64,000 nt of DNA, taken from IMG/VR virus record IMGVR_UViG_3300021963_004854, positions 64,001 to 128,000 of that record, one strand, 5' to 3'. Both the position numbers and the translations under genes were made by a program. This document shows, piece by piece, positions 56,611 to 64,000 of the stretch. Origin of the DNA: a virus. Every line of letters begins with the position of its first letter. The first letter of the stretch is position 1. The notes under the pieces are model-generated. The model was given only the letters and a program-made list of their open reading frames with translations. It was not told the DNA's origin and searched no databases.

Positions 56611-56891
56611 TGACTTTATTTTATGAGAAAAACGGCCCAGACCAAGACTGGCGCTCTAGTGTGCGTGATACTCTGACTAAGGGAGTGGCGCATGTTGAAT
56701 TTGAAAAAAATGATGGTCAAATTCGGCATATGAAATGCACTCTTGATCCAACTGTTGTTCCGCCATACCAAGAACTTGGTAAGACTACGAAGATTCCTAG
56801 CGATGATGTTCAAGCCGTCTGGGATATTGAAAAGGCTGCATGGCGGTCATTTAGATTCGATAGAGTTCGAAATATTCGTTTTGAGGGTTGA
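56607..56891 (+). CDS. WYL-like domain protein
   Basis: F.K.DG..R.M.CTL, VWD....WRSFR. Confidence 0.75.
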   Translation: MMTLFYEKNGPDQDWRSSVRDTLTKGVAHVEFEKNDGQIRHMKCTLDPTVVPPYQELGKTTKIPSDDVQAVWDIEKAAWRSFRFDRVRNIRFEG

Positions 56892-56916
56892 CAAACGACT
56901 CGATATATCGTATAGT
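56888..56916 (+). promoter_or_regulatory. Early sigma70 promoter with GANTC box
   Basis: TTGACA-N17-TATAGT with CGACTCG in spacer. Confidence 0.75.
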
Positions 56917-56940
56917 AAGATATATTGAGAAGGAGATATT

Positions 56941-58059
56941 ATGTATAAACTTAAGGTACCTATCGCCGAGTCGAAGTATGTTGGTGTTGAGCCTATCTGG
57001 GCTGATGGTTATGAACCAGAAGATTACCAGCGTGAATATGGCAACGCCCTCAATTGGTACAACTACATTGTAGACGCCAAAGACTGCCGTGCATTTCTAG
57101 TTGACTATTATAAGAGCGACAAAGAAAAGCTAAAGGCTCTGAGCCAGGTACCTGACAAGTTTATTCCTCGAACGTATGCAAATACCGCTCGTATTGCAAT
57201 GCGTGGCTTTCCTGTAACTGAGGTTCATATGAATCGCATTTGGGAAAAGGTCGAGGAAGTTGTGAATAAGCGTATCAAGTCCGACGAAGATGAACCTGAC
57301 ACCACTACACCTGTAGTCAAGGTCGTCAAGCCACCCAAACTAGCTTCCACATATATTCTTGCCCTCGTCAATGACGAAATCGAAAATCTTATCGAAGGTG
57401 AAGACCCGAAAACTATGGGTCAAATTCTAATGCCGTATAAGATGAGTGATAAGCAATATTCAGACTGCGCTGAAAAGTTGCAGCCTTTGCTGGCAGAATA
57501 TGCAGAAGTTCTAGAACTTCGTCGGACTGACCGCAAGACACTTACCGAAGAACAAATTGAATTCATGGACTCGTTCAAGTTCTCTGGTATCACAATCATT
57601 AAGAAGATTGTCCAGCTTATCGAAGGTTATGTCAACGACCTCAAGAAGTCTTACATTAGCAAGCAGGTTGCTAAGGTTCGTAAGAAGAAGCCTAAAGATA
57701 AGACAAAGCTGGTAAGAGGTATCAAATTCCTTGCCGAAGATGAAAAGTTCGGTAAGAGTATCGACCCAGTTAACCTTCTAAATTGTAGTGAAGTATGGAC
57801 CTTCGATACTAAGACGCGGAAACTGTCTAAGTATTACAGTCCTGTTGGTGGTGGCATCACAGTGAAGGGTGCGGCACTCGTTGGCTATGAAGAAACAATG
57901 TCTAGTTGTAAATTGCTTCGAAAGCCCGAAGAACAGATTCCTGCATTTTCTGCTACTGCTAAAAAAGACTTGACAAAATGGTATTCTTCTGTTAAAAGTA
58001 AGAATGCGAATGTGCGACCGCGGCTTACCGCGACGACTCTGATTTTGAAAGTATTTTAA
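56941..58059 (+). CDS. Conserved T4-like hypothetical protein
   Basis: ALNWYNY; W.FDTKTRKL, ITVKG, LLRKPEE; AAGGAG SD. Confidence 0.75.
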   Translation: MYKLKVPIAESKYVGVEPIWADGYEPEDYQREYGNALNWYNYIVDAKDCRAFLVDYYKSDKEKLKALSQVPDKFIPRTYANTARIAMRGFPVTEVHMNRIWEKVEEVVNKRIKSDEDEPDTTTPVVKVVKPPKLASTYILALVNDEIENLIEGEDPKTMGQILMPYKMSDKQYSDCAEKLQPLLAEYAEVLELRRTDRKTLTEEQIEFMDSFKFSGITIIKKIVQLIEGYVNDLKKSYISKQVAKVRKKKPKDKTKLVRGIKFLAEDEKFGKSIDPVNLLNCSEVWTFDTKTRKLSKYYSPVGGGITVKGAALVGYEETMSSCKLLRKPEEQIPAFSATAKKDLTKWYSSVKSKNANVRPRLTATTLILKVF

Positions 58060-58382
58060 TGGCAGATAATGACAATGTAACATATCTTAGAATGCAACCT
58101 AAGAACCCTGATAACGAATCATACTCTTATTTTCTAGAGGGTGCAGCGCAACATGCTGCATATCAGGATGCGGAAGCTATGGCTGCCGCGTGTATAAATG
58201 GCATCTTAGCGGTCATCAATAAGAAGGTCGGTGGGATTAAAAACGATAATATTCATCGGGACGCGGCCGTGGTTGCTGTTCTCATTCAAGGTATGTTTAT
58301 GCGTCAAGTTGACGTTCATTGCCCAGAAATAAACCTTCTAGATGATATCAGTGAAATTTTGAGTGGGAAGGAACACAGCTAA
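58059..58382 (+). CDS. Hypothetical protein
   Basis: 107-aa ORF coupled on both sides. Confidence 0.7.
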   Translation: MADNDNVTYLRMQPKNPDNESYSYFLEGAAQHAAYQDAEAMAAACINGILAVINKKVGGIKNDNIHRDAAVVAVLIQGMFMRQVDVHCPEINLLDDISEILSGKEHS

Positions 58383-59263
58383 TGATAGTGGTAGACTTTA
58401 ACCAAGTTGCAATTAGTAACATGATGGCTGAACTTGGTGGTCGTCGCGATGTGGAGGTCAATCTTCCTCTCATTCGTCATATGATTATCAATTCAATTCG
58501 TTCATATAAGCGTAAGTTCGGTGCAGAATTTGGCGATATCATCATTGCATGTGATAATCGAAACTACTGGCGCCGCCAGTTCTTCCCTAACTACAAGGCT
58601 AATCGTAAGAAAAGCCGCGCAGACAGTGGCTTTGACTGGAATTCAATCTTCGAAGCCCTGCATCAGGTCCGTGCCGAGTTGCAAGAGCATTTTCCATATC
58701 CTGTGATTGATGTTGATGGCGCAGAAGCAGATGATGTAATCGCCGCGCTTGCAGAATATAGTCAGACTTCGAATGTTGATGGCCTTATTCCTAGTGCAGA
58801 GCCTTTCCTCGTTCTCTCTGGCGACCATGACTTCAATCAGTTGCAGAAGTGGTCCAACGTAAAGCAGTATGCACCAGTGCAGAAGAAGTTTGTTAAGCTG
58901 ACTGATAAGCCAGAAGTTGTTCTGATGGAACACATTATCACCGGCGATAAGGGCGATGGTGTTCCTAACATCCTGTCAGATGATGATACGTTTGTCACTG
59001 GTTCACGCCAGCGTCCCATGAAGAAGGATAAGGTTGCAGAGTGGAAGCACCAGAAGCCAGAAGACTTCATCACCAGTGATGAAATGTGGCGTAACTTCCA
59101 ACGCAATCGTGAACTGGTTGACTTGTCGCGCATTCCCCAAGATATCAAGGATGCAGTTATTGATAGTTACGAGAAGCAAAAGGGTGGTGACCGCAGTGGT
59201 CTCCTGAATTACTTCATTGCGAATCGTATGAAGCAGATGATTGAGTTGATCGATGAATTTTAA
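58382..59263 (+). CDS. rnh: T4-type RNase H (5'-3' flap exonuclease)
   Basis: IVVDFNQ, YWRR..YKANR, EADD, SGDHDF, GDKGDGVPN. Confidence 0.95.
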   Translation: MIVVDFNQVAISNMMAELGGRRDVEVNLPLIRHMIINSIRSYKRKFGAEFGDIIIACDNRNYWRRQFFPNYKANRKKSRADSGFDWNSIFEALHQVRAELQEHFPYPVIDVDGAEADDVIAALAEYSQTSNVDGLIPSAEPFLVLSGDHDFNQLQKWSNVKQYAPVQKKFVKLTDKPEVVLMEHIITGDKGDGVPNILSDDDTFVTGSRQRPMKKDKVAEWKHQKPEDFITSDEMWRNFQRNRELVDLSRIPQDIKDAVIDSYEKQKGGDRSGLLNYFIANRMKQMIELIDEF

Positions 59264-59693
59264 TAGTTCCACTGAAAGAGTAGGCATTACAGCCAGTTGC
59301 TTTGACCTGTTCCACGCGGGTCATGTTCTTATGCTACAGGAAGCTAAAGAACAGTGCGACCGATTGGTAGTAGCATTACAGACTGACCCAACGATTGACC
59401 GACCAGAGAAGAACAAGCCCGTTCAATCTCTGGTAGAACGGTATATTCAGTTGCAAGCATGTAAGTATGTGGACGAAATCATTCCATACACGACAGAAGA
59501 AGACTTGCTAAATATACTACAATGTTATGACTGGGATGTTCGCATTATTGGCGAAGATTATTACAATAAGCGATTTACTGGTGACGAACTAGGAATCGAA
59601 GTTTATTACAATAGTCGCAGGCATAGCTTTAGCACTACTGAATTGAGAAGGAGAATTGGCGATGGCAACAAGATTACCACCAAAGAAGTTTAA
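59253..59693 (+). CDS. Glycerol-3-phosphate cytidylyltransferase-like (TagD family)
   Basis: FDLFHAGH, KYVDEI, FSTTELR. Confidence 0.85.
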   Translation: MNFNSSTERVGITASCFDLFHAGHVLMLQEAKEQCDRLVVALQTDPTIDRPEKNKPVQSLVERYIQLQACKYVDEIIPYTTEEDLLNILQCYDWDVRIIGEDYYNKRFTGDELGIEVYYNSRRHSFSTTELRRRIGDGNKITTKEV

Positions 59694-60174
59694 ACAAATT
59701 GATCAGGCTCTAGATTGGGCGACCGAAGTCAAGGACATTGATGAACTACGGGAACGAGTTCGTGCAATCTCCACTGGTAACTCCGTTCTTATGCGTTTCT
59801 TGGCATGGGGCGTAGGCTACGAACAGGGACCTCACAAACTACCAGAGGGTAGAACACCGACTAAGAACGAAGAACTACCTGTTGATATGGGTGATACTAA
59901 TATCACGCAAGAGTTCCGTAGACTTCTAACTCTACTACCGGGTGGCAGTGCAGACCGAGTTCCTCAGTGGCGCCGCGAAGAAATCTGGATGCAGATTTGT
60001 CAGGGTGTTCACCAGAACGAAGCTAAATTGCTGGATTCTGTAAAAGACCAGAAAATACTCGATTTGTATCCTTCTTTGGCAGATGTTCTTGAAACTTTTC
60101 TTGTTGGTTGGAAAAAGCCCGAGGTTAAGAAGAAGAAGGTGTCAAAAAAGCCCGCGAGTATCTCCGAGGAATAA
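59662..60174 (+). CDS. Conserved hypothetical protein (DUF6433-like)
   Basis: LPEG.TP, RREEIW.Q..GVH..EAKLL..KD. Confidence 0.7.
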   Translation: MATRLPPKKFKQIDQALDWATEVKDIDELRERVRAISTGNSVLMRFLAWGVGYEQGPHKLPEGRTPTKNEELPVDMGDTNITQEFRRLLTLLPGGSADRVPQWRREEIWMQICQGVHQNEAKLLDSVKDQKILDLYPSLADVLETFLVGWKKPEVKKKKVSKKPASISEE

Positions 60175-60293
60175 TTAAATTATTCGTAAGAGAACAGAAG
60201 ATACCCATAAAATGGGGTGTTAAGCGACCTTGGGGTCTGTAATTAAAACACTAATAAATAACTGTTCTCGAACTTTCAAACGGAGATACTTTG

Positions 60294-60698
60294 ATGGGCG
60301 CAATTCTGGAACATAAGCATCTAATCATTCGTGCAGAACTTAAAAATCCGCCTAAGTGCGCGGAAGCAATTCAAGACTGGATGAAAATCTTGGTCGATAA
60401 AATTGGAATGAAGATACTTATGGGCCCATATGCGATTTACTCGGATATGGTAGGCAATCAAGGGTTGACAGCGGTTACAATTATTGAAACCAGCCATATT
60501 GCTATGCATGTATGGGATGAAGTTGACCCTGCATTGATGCAGCTGGACGTTTACACTTGCTCTACTCTGAATATTGATGATGTATTTCTGGCACTTAGCG
60601 ATTTTGCACCTGTTAATGTTCAATTCAAATATATTGATCGGGAACATGACTTGACATTGCTAGATAAAGGTGTTATAAGTGAGATACTTCCTCTTTAA
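60294..60698 (+). CDS. speD: S-adenosylmethionine decarboxylase proenzyme
   Basis: HKHLI, GLTAV.IIETSHIAMHVW, QLDVYTC. Confidence 0.88.
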   Translation: MGAILEHKHLIIRAELKNPPKCAEAIQDWMKILVDKIGMKILMGPYAIYSDMVGNQGLTAVTIIETSHIAMHVWDEVDPALMQLDVYTCSTLNIDDVFLALSDFAPVNVQFKYIDREHDLTLLDKGVISEILPL

Positions 60699-61185
60699 AC
60701 ACAAGAACGAAATCTGGTTAGTCAAAAATCCTGAACAAGTTCCAAAGCCTAGAGAGTTATTGCTTCAAAACTCTAATATTGAATATATAAGAGATAAAGC
60801 AAATTCTTTAGGAAAAGGCTTGACATTTCGTGATAAAGTTAGTAGAAAGAAGATACCGGCTTTAACGACAGAACATAAAGCAAAAATTGCTCTAGCGTTA
60901 AGTGGTAGCAACAACCCCAACTGGGGTGGCTTGAAAGAAGAAACCAAAGCCAAAATTCGTCGCAAGATGCGAGGAACAAGGCGCAATGAAAACAATCCTA
61001 TGTATGGCAGACGCCAATCATGGGAAACTCGCAATCTCATAGCGATGAAGGCGAGACATAGAAGACGAAAGTGGTGTGTCGACCCAAGCGGTAAAACGCA
61101 TTTGGTAGACCCACTTACTTTCATACTACCTTCTGGCTGGATGTGGGGAAGATTTTACGACCCATATCGACCAGAAGATTTTTAA
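60679..61185 (+). CDS. NUMOD3-repeat basic protein (homing-endonuclease-derived DNA-binding part)
   Basis: EHKAKIA..SGSNNPNWG, EETKAKI, NNPMYG; no catalytic motif seen. Confidence 0.6.
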   Translation: MRYFLFKHKNEIWLVKNPEQVPKPRELLLQNSNIEYIRDKANSLGKGLTFRDKVSRKKIPALTTEHKAKIALALSGSNNPNWGGLKEETKAKIRRKMRGTRRNENNPMYGRRQSWETRNLIAMKARHRRRKWCVDPSGKTHLVDPLTFILPSGWMWGRFYDPYRPEDF

Positions 61186-61228
61186 AAAAACTGTTGATAA
61201 ATGTCAAAAACTGTTATATATAGTATTC

Positions 61229-61240
61229 TGTTCTTTGACA
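61229..61240 (+). promoter_or_regulatory. boxA-like antitermination element before tRNA cluster
   Basis: TGTTCTTTGACA versus rrn boxA TGCTCTTTAACA. Confidence 0.5.
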
Positions 61241-61258
61241 TTGTTAGAAGTTTTTATT

Positions 61259-61346
61259 GGAAGCGTGGGTGAGTGGTTGAAACCTACAGTCTTGAAAACT
61301 GTCGTACCGCAAGGTACCGTGGGTTCGAATCCCACCGCTTCCTCCA
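61259..61346 (+). tRNA. tRNA-Ser(TGA)
   Basis: Anticodon loop CTTGAAA, long variable arm GTACC-GCAA-GGTAC, CCA. Confidence 0.95.
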
Positions 61347-61350
61347 GTTT

Positions 61351-61426
61351 GGGGATGTAGTCCAATGGCAGAGACAGAGGACTTAAAATCCTTCCAGTGT
61401 GGGTTCGAGTCCCACCATCCCTACCA
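61351..61426 (+). tRNA. tRNA-Leu(TAA), short variable loop
   Basis: Anticodon loop CTTAAAA, GTTCGAG, CCA; 76 nt. Confidence 0.9.
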
Positions 61427-61427
61427 A

Positions 61428-61503
61428 TGCCCCTTGGTGTAATTGGCAACACGTCGGATTTTGATTCCGAAAAGTCCAGGTTCGAGCCCTGGAGGGGCAT
61501 CCA
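61428..61503 (+). tRNA. tRNA-Gln(TTG)
   Basis: T1-A72, anticodon loop TTTTGAT, CCA. Confidence 0.93.
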
Positions 61504-61522
61504 TTCTTAGAAAGGTTATATA

Positions 61523-61759
61523 ATGAGTGATGTTGTAGCAGTAGACCAACTTCGTCTGTTTATTGAACGTATTGAAAACATCGAAGTGGAAATTGATGCG
61601 AAGAAGACTGACCGCAAGGAAGTCTATTCAGAATTGAAGGGTGAAGGCTTTGATGCCAAGGCAGTTCGTGCTATTGTGCGCCTCCGTAAGAAGGAAGCAC
61701 ATATCCGTCAAGAAGAAGATATGATTCTTGATACATATCGAAATGCAATTGGCGTTTAA
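61523..61759 (+). CDS. gapR: GapR (DUF2312) nucleoid-associated protein homologue
   Basis: QLRLFIERIE, KEVYSE.KGEGFD.K..R.IVRLRK, LDTY..A.G. Confidence 0.9.
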   Translation: MSDVVAVDQLRLFIERIENIEVEIDAKKTDRKEVYSELKGEGFDAKAVRAIVRLRKKEAHIRQEEDMILDTYRNAIGV

Positions 61760-62350
61760 TTAAAAAGTTCCGGGGTCTATCAACCCAACTTCTTTAAATG
61801 CCCATGCTCTTTCGTTGCATTGCCAACAAGAGCCACAACGTTCTCCTGTAGTTTCAGTGCAACTATGAGAGAGTTTAGATATATCTTCTAAAATTCCCGC
61901 CTGATGTGCTAACTTGACTGTTTCGCTTTTATCTATTTTTGCAAATGGAAAATGCCAGCCAGTATAGTTCGCATCAGGCGGAATTCTTACTGGCTCTGTT
62001 CCAGGTAGTGTTACGGGTGGATTTTGAGTGTCCGCACTTATCAATGTCTTAAATCCAAAACGAAATAGTTGTTCGGCTGGATATGAGATATGTCTACTAT
62101 GATGTAATCCCACCGGAATTGAAACGATTAGATGGTCTATCTCAATTTCATGTAGTTTTTCTGCCCATTCGCAAATCGATTTACCAAAATCTACTGCGGC
62201 AGAGCCTCTATCTATCGTAATGCAACGTAGAGAGTTTAAGCCGCTTTTCTTTGCTTCAATGCAATATAAATGAAGCATGAGGGCGCTATCGAAACCGCCG
62301 CTAATAAACAGTCCGAAATTACCCTCGGGAATAGTAATTGAATACGTCAT
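61760..62350 (-). CDS. QueC-like PP-loop ATPase with Cys4 motif
   Basis: FISGGFDS, HSC..CGSCWQC.ER..AF; ATG at 62350 with AAGG SD; only minus-strand gene. Confidence 0.75.
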   Translation of the reverse strand: MTYSITIPEGNFGLFISGGFDSALMLHLYCIEAKKSGLNSLRCITIDRGSAAVDFGKSICEWAEKLHEIEIDHLIVSIPVGLHHSRHISYPAEQLFRFGFKTLISADTQNPPVTLPGTEPVRIPPDANYTGWHFPFAKIDKSETVKLAHQAGILEDISKLSHSCTETTGERCGSCWQCNERAWAFKEVGLIDPGTF

Positions 62351-62434
62351 AGATGAACCTTTAATATAATCACGATTATATTTAGTTTCGAATTTATGCT
62401 TGACATTTGGTAGTGAATTAGTTATATAATGATG

Positions 62435-63472
62435 ATGAAGAAAAAATATCAAATTACTCACATGGGCAAGACCCTCAACACCGACCACTGGTATGACTTA
62501 CCAGAAGATAAATGTCTGGAGTTGAAGGCTGCGTATTATCAAAAGCCAGATTTTGATTTGGTTGAGAAAAATCTGCAGGCCGTGCGCAACGGCGGCACTG
62601 TTATCAGTACCATTACTAGCTATTATGTGAAAGACCTAATGGCTAAAGTCAAGTTGCAATCTCCTCGTTGGTCTATCGAACAAGTGTTTGAGTCCAACGA
62701 TTTGATACGATACTTTTGGAGCCGAGTGCTTTCAAGCGATAAAGTATACCCAAAGACGGATTCAGATATCAAGAACTTTGAGGCTGCCCTGCGACTTAGT
62801 GGCGGTGGTGTTGCGATGAAGCCGTCTAACTATCCTATTAAGTCAGTAGACGAGGTGTTATCCAAATATAACATCAATGGTAAATACTATGATTTCTCGT
62901 GTGGTTGGGGCGTAAGATTGCTCTCGGCAATGAGAAATCGGGTTGAGTATTACGGCACTGACCCGAATAATCTGTTGGTAGACCGACTTAGGCAGATGGC
63001 CACAGATTACAATACTGTAAATGGTACGAATGCATCGTATGACATTAGATGCCATGGTTCTGAAACATTCGTGCCAGAATGGGAAAACACTATCGGAGTA
63101 GCCTTTAGTAGCCCCCCGTATTTCAGTCTTGAAGACTATGGTGTTGGCAATCAGTCATATAAGCCTGGGACTTCCTATCAAGAGTGGCTAGATAACTATC
63201 TGCGACCCACGATAGAGAACATCAAGAAATATTTGATTGAAGACGGCAAGATGCTCGTTAACATCAAAGATTTCTTAGATTACAAGCTATGCGCTGATAC
63301 TAGAGCCATTGCAGAAAGTCTAGGGTTTCATTATGTTGAAACACTCACGTTGAAGAACATAACGAGGCCAAGTGCCAAAGCAGATTTGAATACGGATGAA
63401 GGCATTATGGTGTTCTCGAAAAAGCCTGTGCAGCCTAACCCATTCAGCGAAACGCTATTCATTTTTGAATAA
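62435..63472 (+). CDS. DNA amino-methyltransferase (N6A/N4C-type)
   Basis: YDFSCGWGVR (SAM binding), FSSPPYF (catalytic); start among ATGs at 62429/62432/62435. Confidence 0.82.
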   Translation: MKKKYQITHMGKTLNTDHWYDLPEDKCLELKAAYYQKPDFDLVEKNLQAVRNGGTVISTITSYYVKDLMAKVKLQSPRWSIEQVFESNDLIRYFWSRVLSSDKVYPKTDSDIKNFEAALRLSGGGVAMKPSNYPIKSVDEVLSKYNINGKYYDFSCGWGVRLLSAMRNRVEYYGTDPNNLLVDRLRQMATDYNTVNGTNASYDIRCHGSETFVPEWENTIGVAFSSPPYFSLEDYGVGNQSYKPGTSYQEWLDNYLRPTIENIKKYLIEDGKMLVNIKDFLDYKLCADTRAIAESLGFHYVETLTLKNITRPSAKADLNTDEGIMVFSKKPVQPNPFSETLFIFE

Positions 63473-63484
63473 CAAAATTAGTGG

Positions 63485-63513
63485 TTGACATTTACCTGCG
63501 AATCAGCTATAAA
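63485..63513 (+). promoter_or_regulatory. Early sigma70 promoter with GANTC box
   Basis: TTGACA-N17-TATAAA with CGAATCA in spacer. Confidence 0.78.
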
Positions 63514-63544
63514 GAAAGAGTAGTTGATGACGAGGTGATTCGAA

Positions 63545-63931
63545 ATGCTTACTCTTGCCGATATTAATGCTGCCACCAATTCTAAAGATGGCAATATCTA
63601 TTCCGACCTCTACAAGGATGTTTACGGCAGCCGTCCTCGGTATGCCCAGTTCGCATCCATCGAAGAGTTCGATGCGGATTTCGAACGCCTTGTGGCTCGT
63701 CTGGCCGAACAGATTGACGAAGATAAGATTCGTCAGGATGCAAATCTTGAAGCATTCAAGGTGCGCGTGGCAGAAACCATGCTTCTTTGTAACTGCGACA
63801 AGGTTCGCGCCGTAGAAATCATCGCCGATGCTGAAGGCGAACTTGAGAACCTTGAGTTCTACAGTTACGAACGCCTTGAGTGGTACTTCGATATTAAATT
63901 CGGAGATATCAAGCAGTGGATGGCTGAATAA
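63545..63931 (+). CDS. Hypothetical early protein
   Basis: IYSDLYKDVYGSRPR motif; GAGGT SD. Confidence 0.75.
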   Translation: MLTLADINAATNSKDGNIYSDLYKDVYGSRPRYAQFASIEEFDADFERLVARLAEQIDEDKIRQDANLEAFKVRVAETMLLCNCDKVRAVEIIADAEGELENLEFYSYERLEWYFDIKFGDIKQWMAE

Positions 63932-63937
63932 GTTTTT

Positions 63938-64000
63938 GCGCCTGTAGCTCAAAGGTAGAGCCAGCCCCTCATAAGGGCCAGGTTGCGGGTTCGAGTCCTG
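63938..64000 (+). tRNA. tRNA with CAT anticodon (Met or Ile2), truncated at window end
   Basis: TAGCTCA D-arm, loop CTCATAA, GGTTCGAGTCC. Confidence 0.85.

Noticed and set aside
55289-61185. Split homing endonuclease (GIY-YIG at 55289 plus NUMOD3 at 60679)
   Set aside because: 5 kb apart with no linkage evidence; stand-alone GIY-YIG after nrdB is a normal T4-like arrangement
61204-61500. 98-aa minus-strand ORF
   Set aside because: Reverse translation of three tRNA genes
61760-63472. Complete 7-deazaguanine DNA-modification system
   Set aside because: Only a QueC-like gene is visible; no dpdA, folE, queD or queE in the window
63503-63952. 149-aa minus-strand ORF
   Set aside because: Shadow of the 63545 early gene, which has promoter and SD
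1-64000. CRISPR array, retron/DGR reverse transcriptase, or stop-codon reassignment
   Set aside because: No regular repeat-spacer array or RT motifs seen; core genes are intact in code 11, TAA/TGA/TAG all terminate genes, and no suppressor tRNA is present

Overview
This is 64 kb of a large T4-like (Tevenvirinae-related, cyanophage-like gene order) myovirus genome, coded almost entirely on the + strand. It holds the tail/head module (gp18-gp23, gp3), recombination and replication genes (uvsY/W/X, gp46/47, gp45/44/62, regA, gp43, gp41, gp61, RNase H), late sigma gp55, and nucleotide metabolism (thyX, nrdA/nrdB, glutaredoxin, MazG-like). It also holds a split lysis system (holin-like gene with embedded Rz/Rz1 spanins, plus a separate M15+GH19 dual-catalytic endolysin), five tRNAs, and many auxiliary genes (peptide deformylase, ClpP-like, Hsp20, peroxiredoxin, Dps, SpeD, QueC-like, glycan-modifying enzymes, DNA methyltransferase, GapR). 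GapR and the promoter architecture point to an alphaproteobacterial host (inference). The strongest unexplained signals are: (1) a class of early sigma70 promoters with a GANTC site in GcrA-type (YGAKTCG) context at a fixed position 2 nt upstream of the -10 box, suggesting the phage plugs into the host CcrM/GcrA methylation circuit; (2) His-rich proteins with capsid-targeting-like N-termini and an 869-aa modular polyprotein punctuated by prohead-protease-type sites; (3) structured leaders, namely a ROSE-like thermometer before hsp20, a twin-CACUAA-loop leader before gp44, and a boxA before the tRNA cluster. All calls come from motif recognition by eye; no searches were run.
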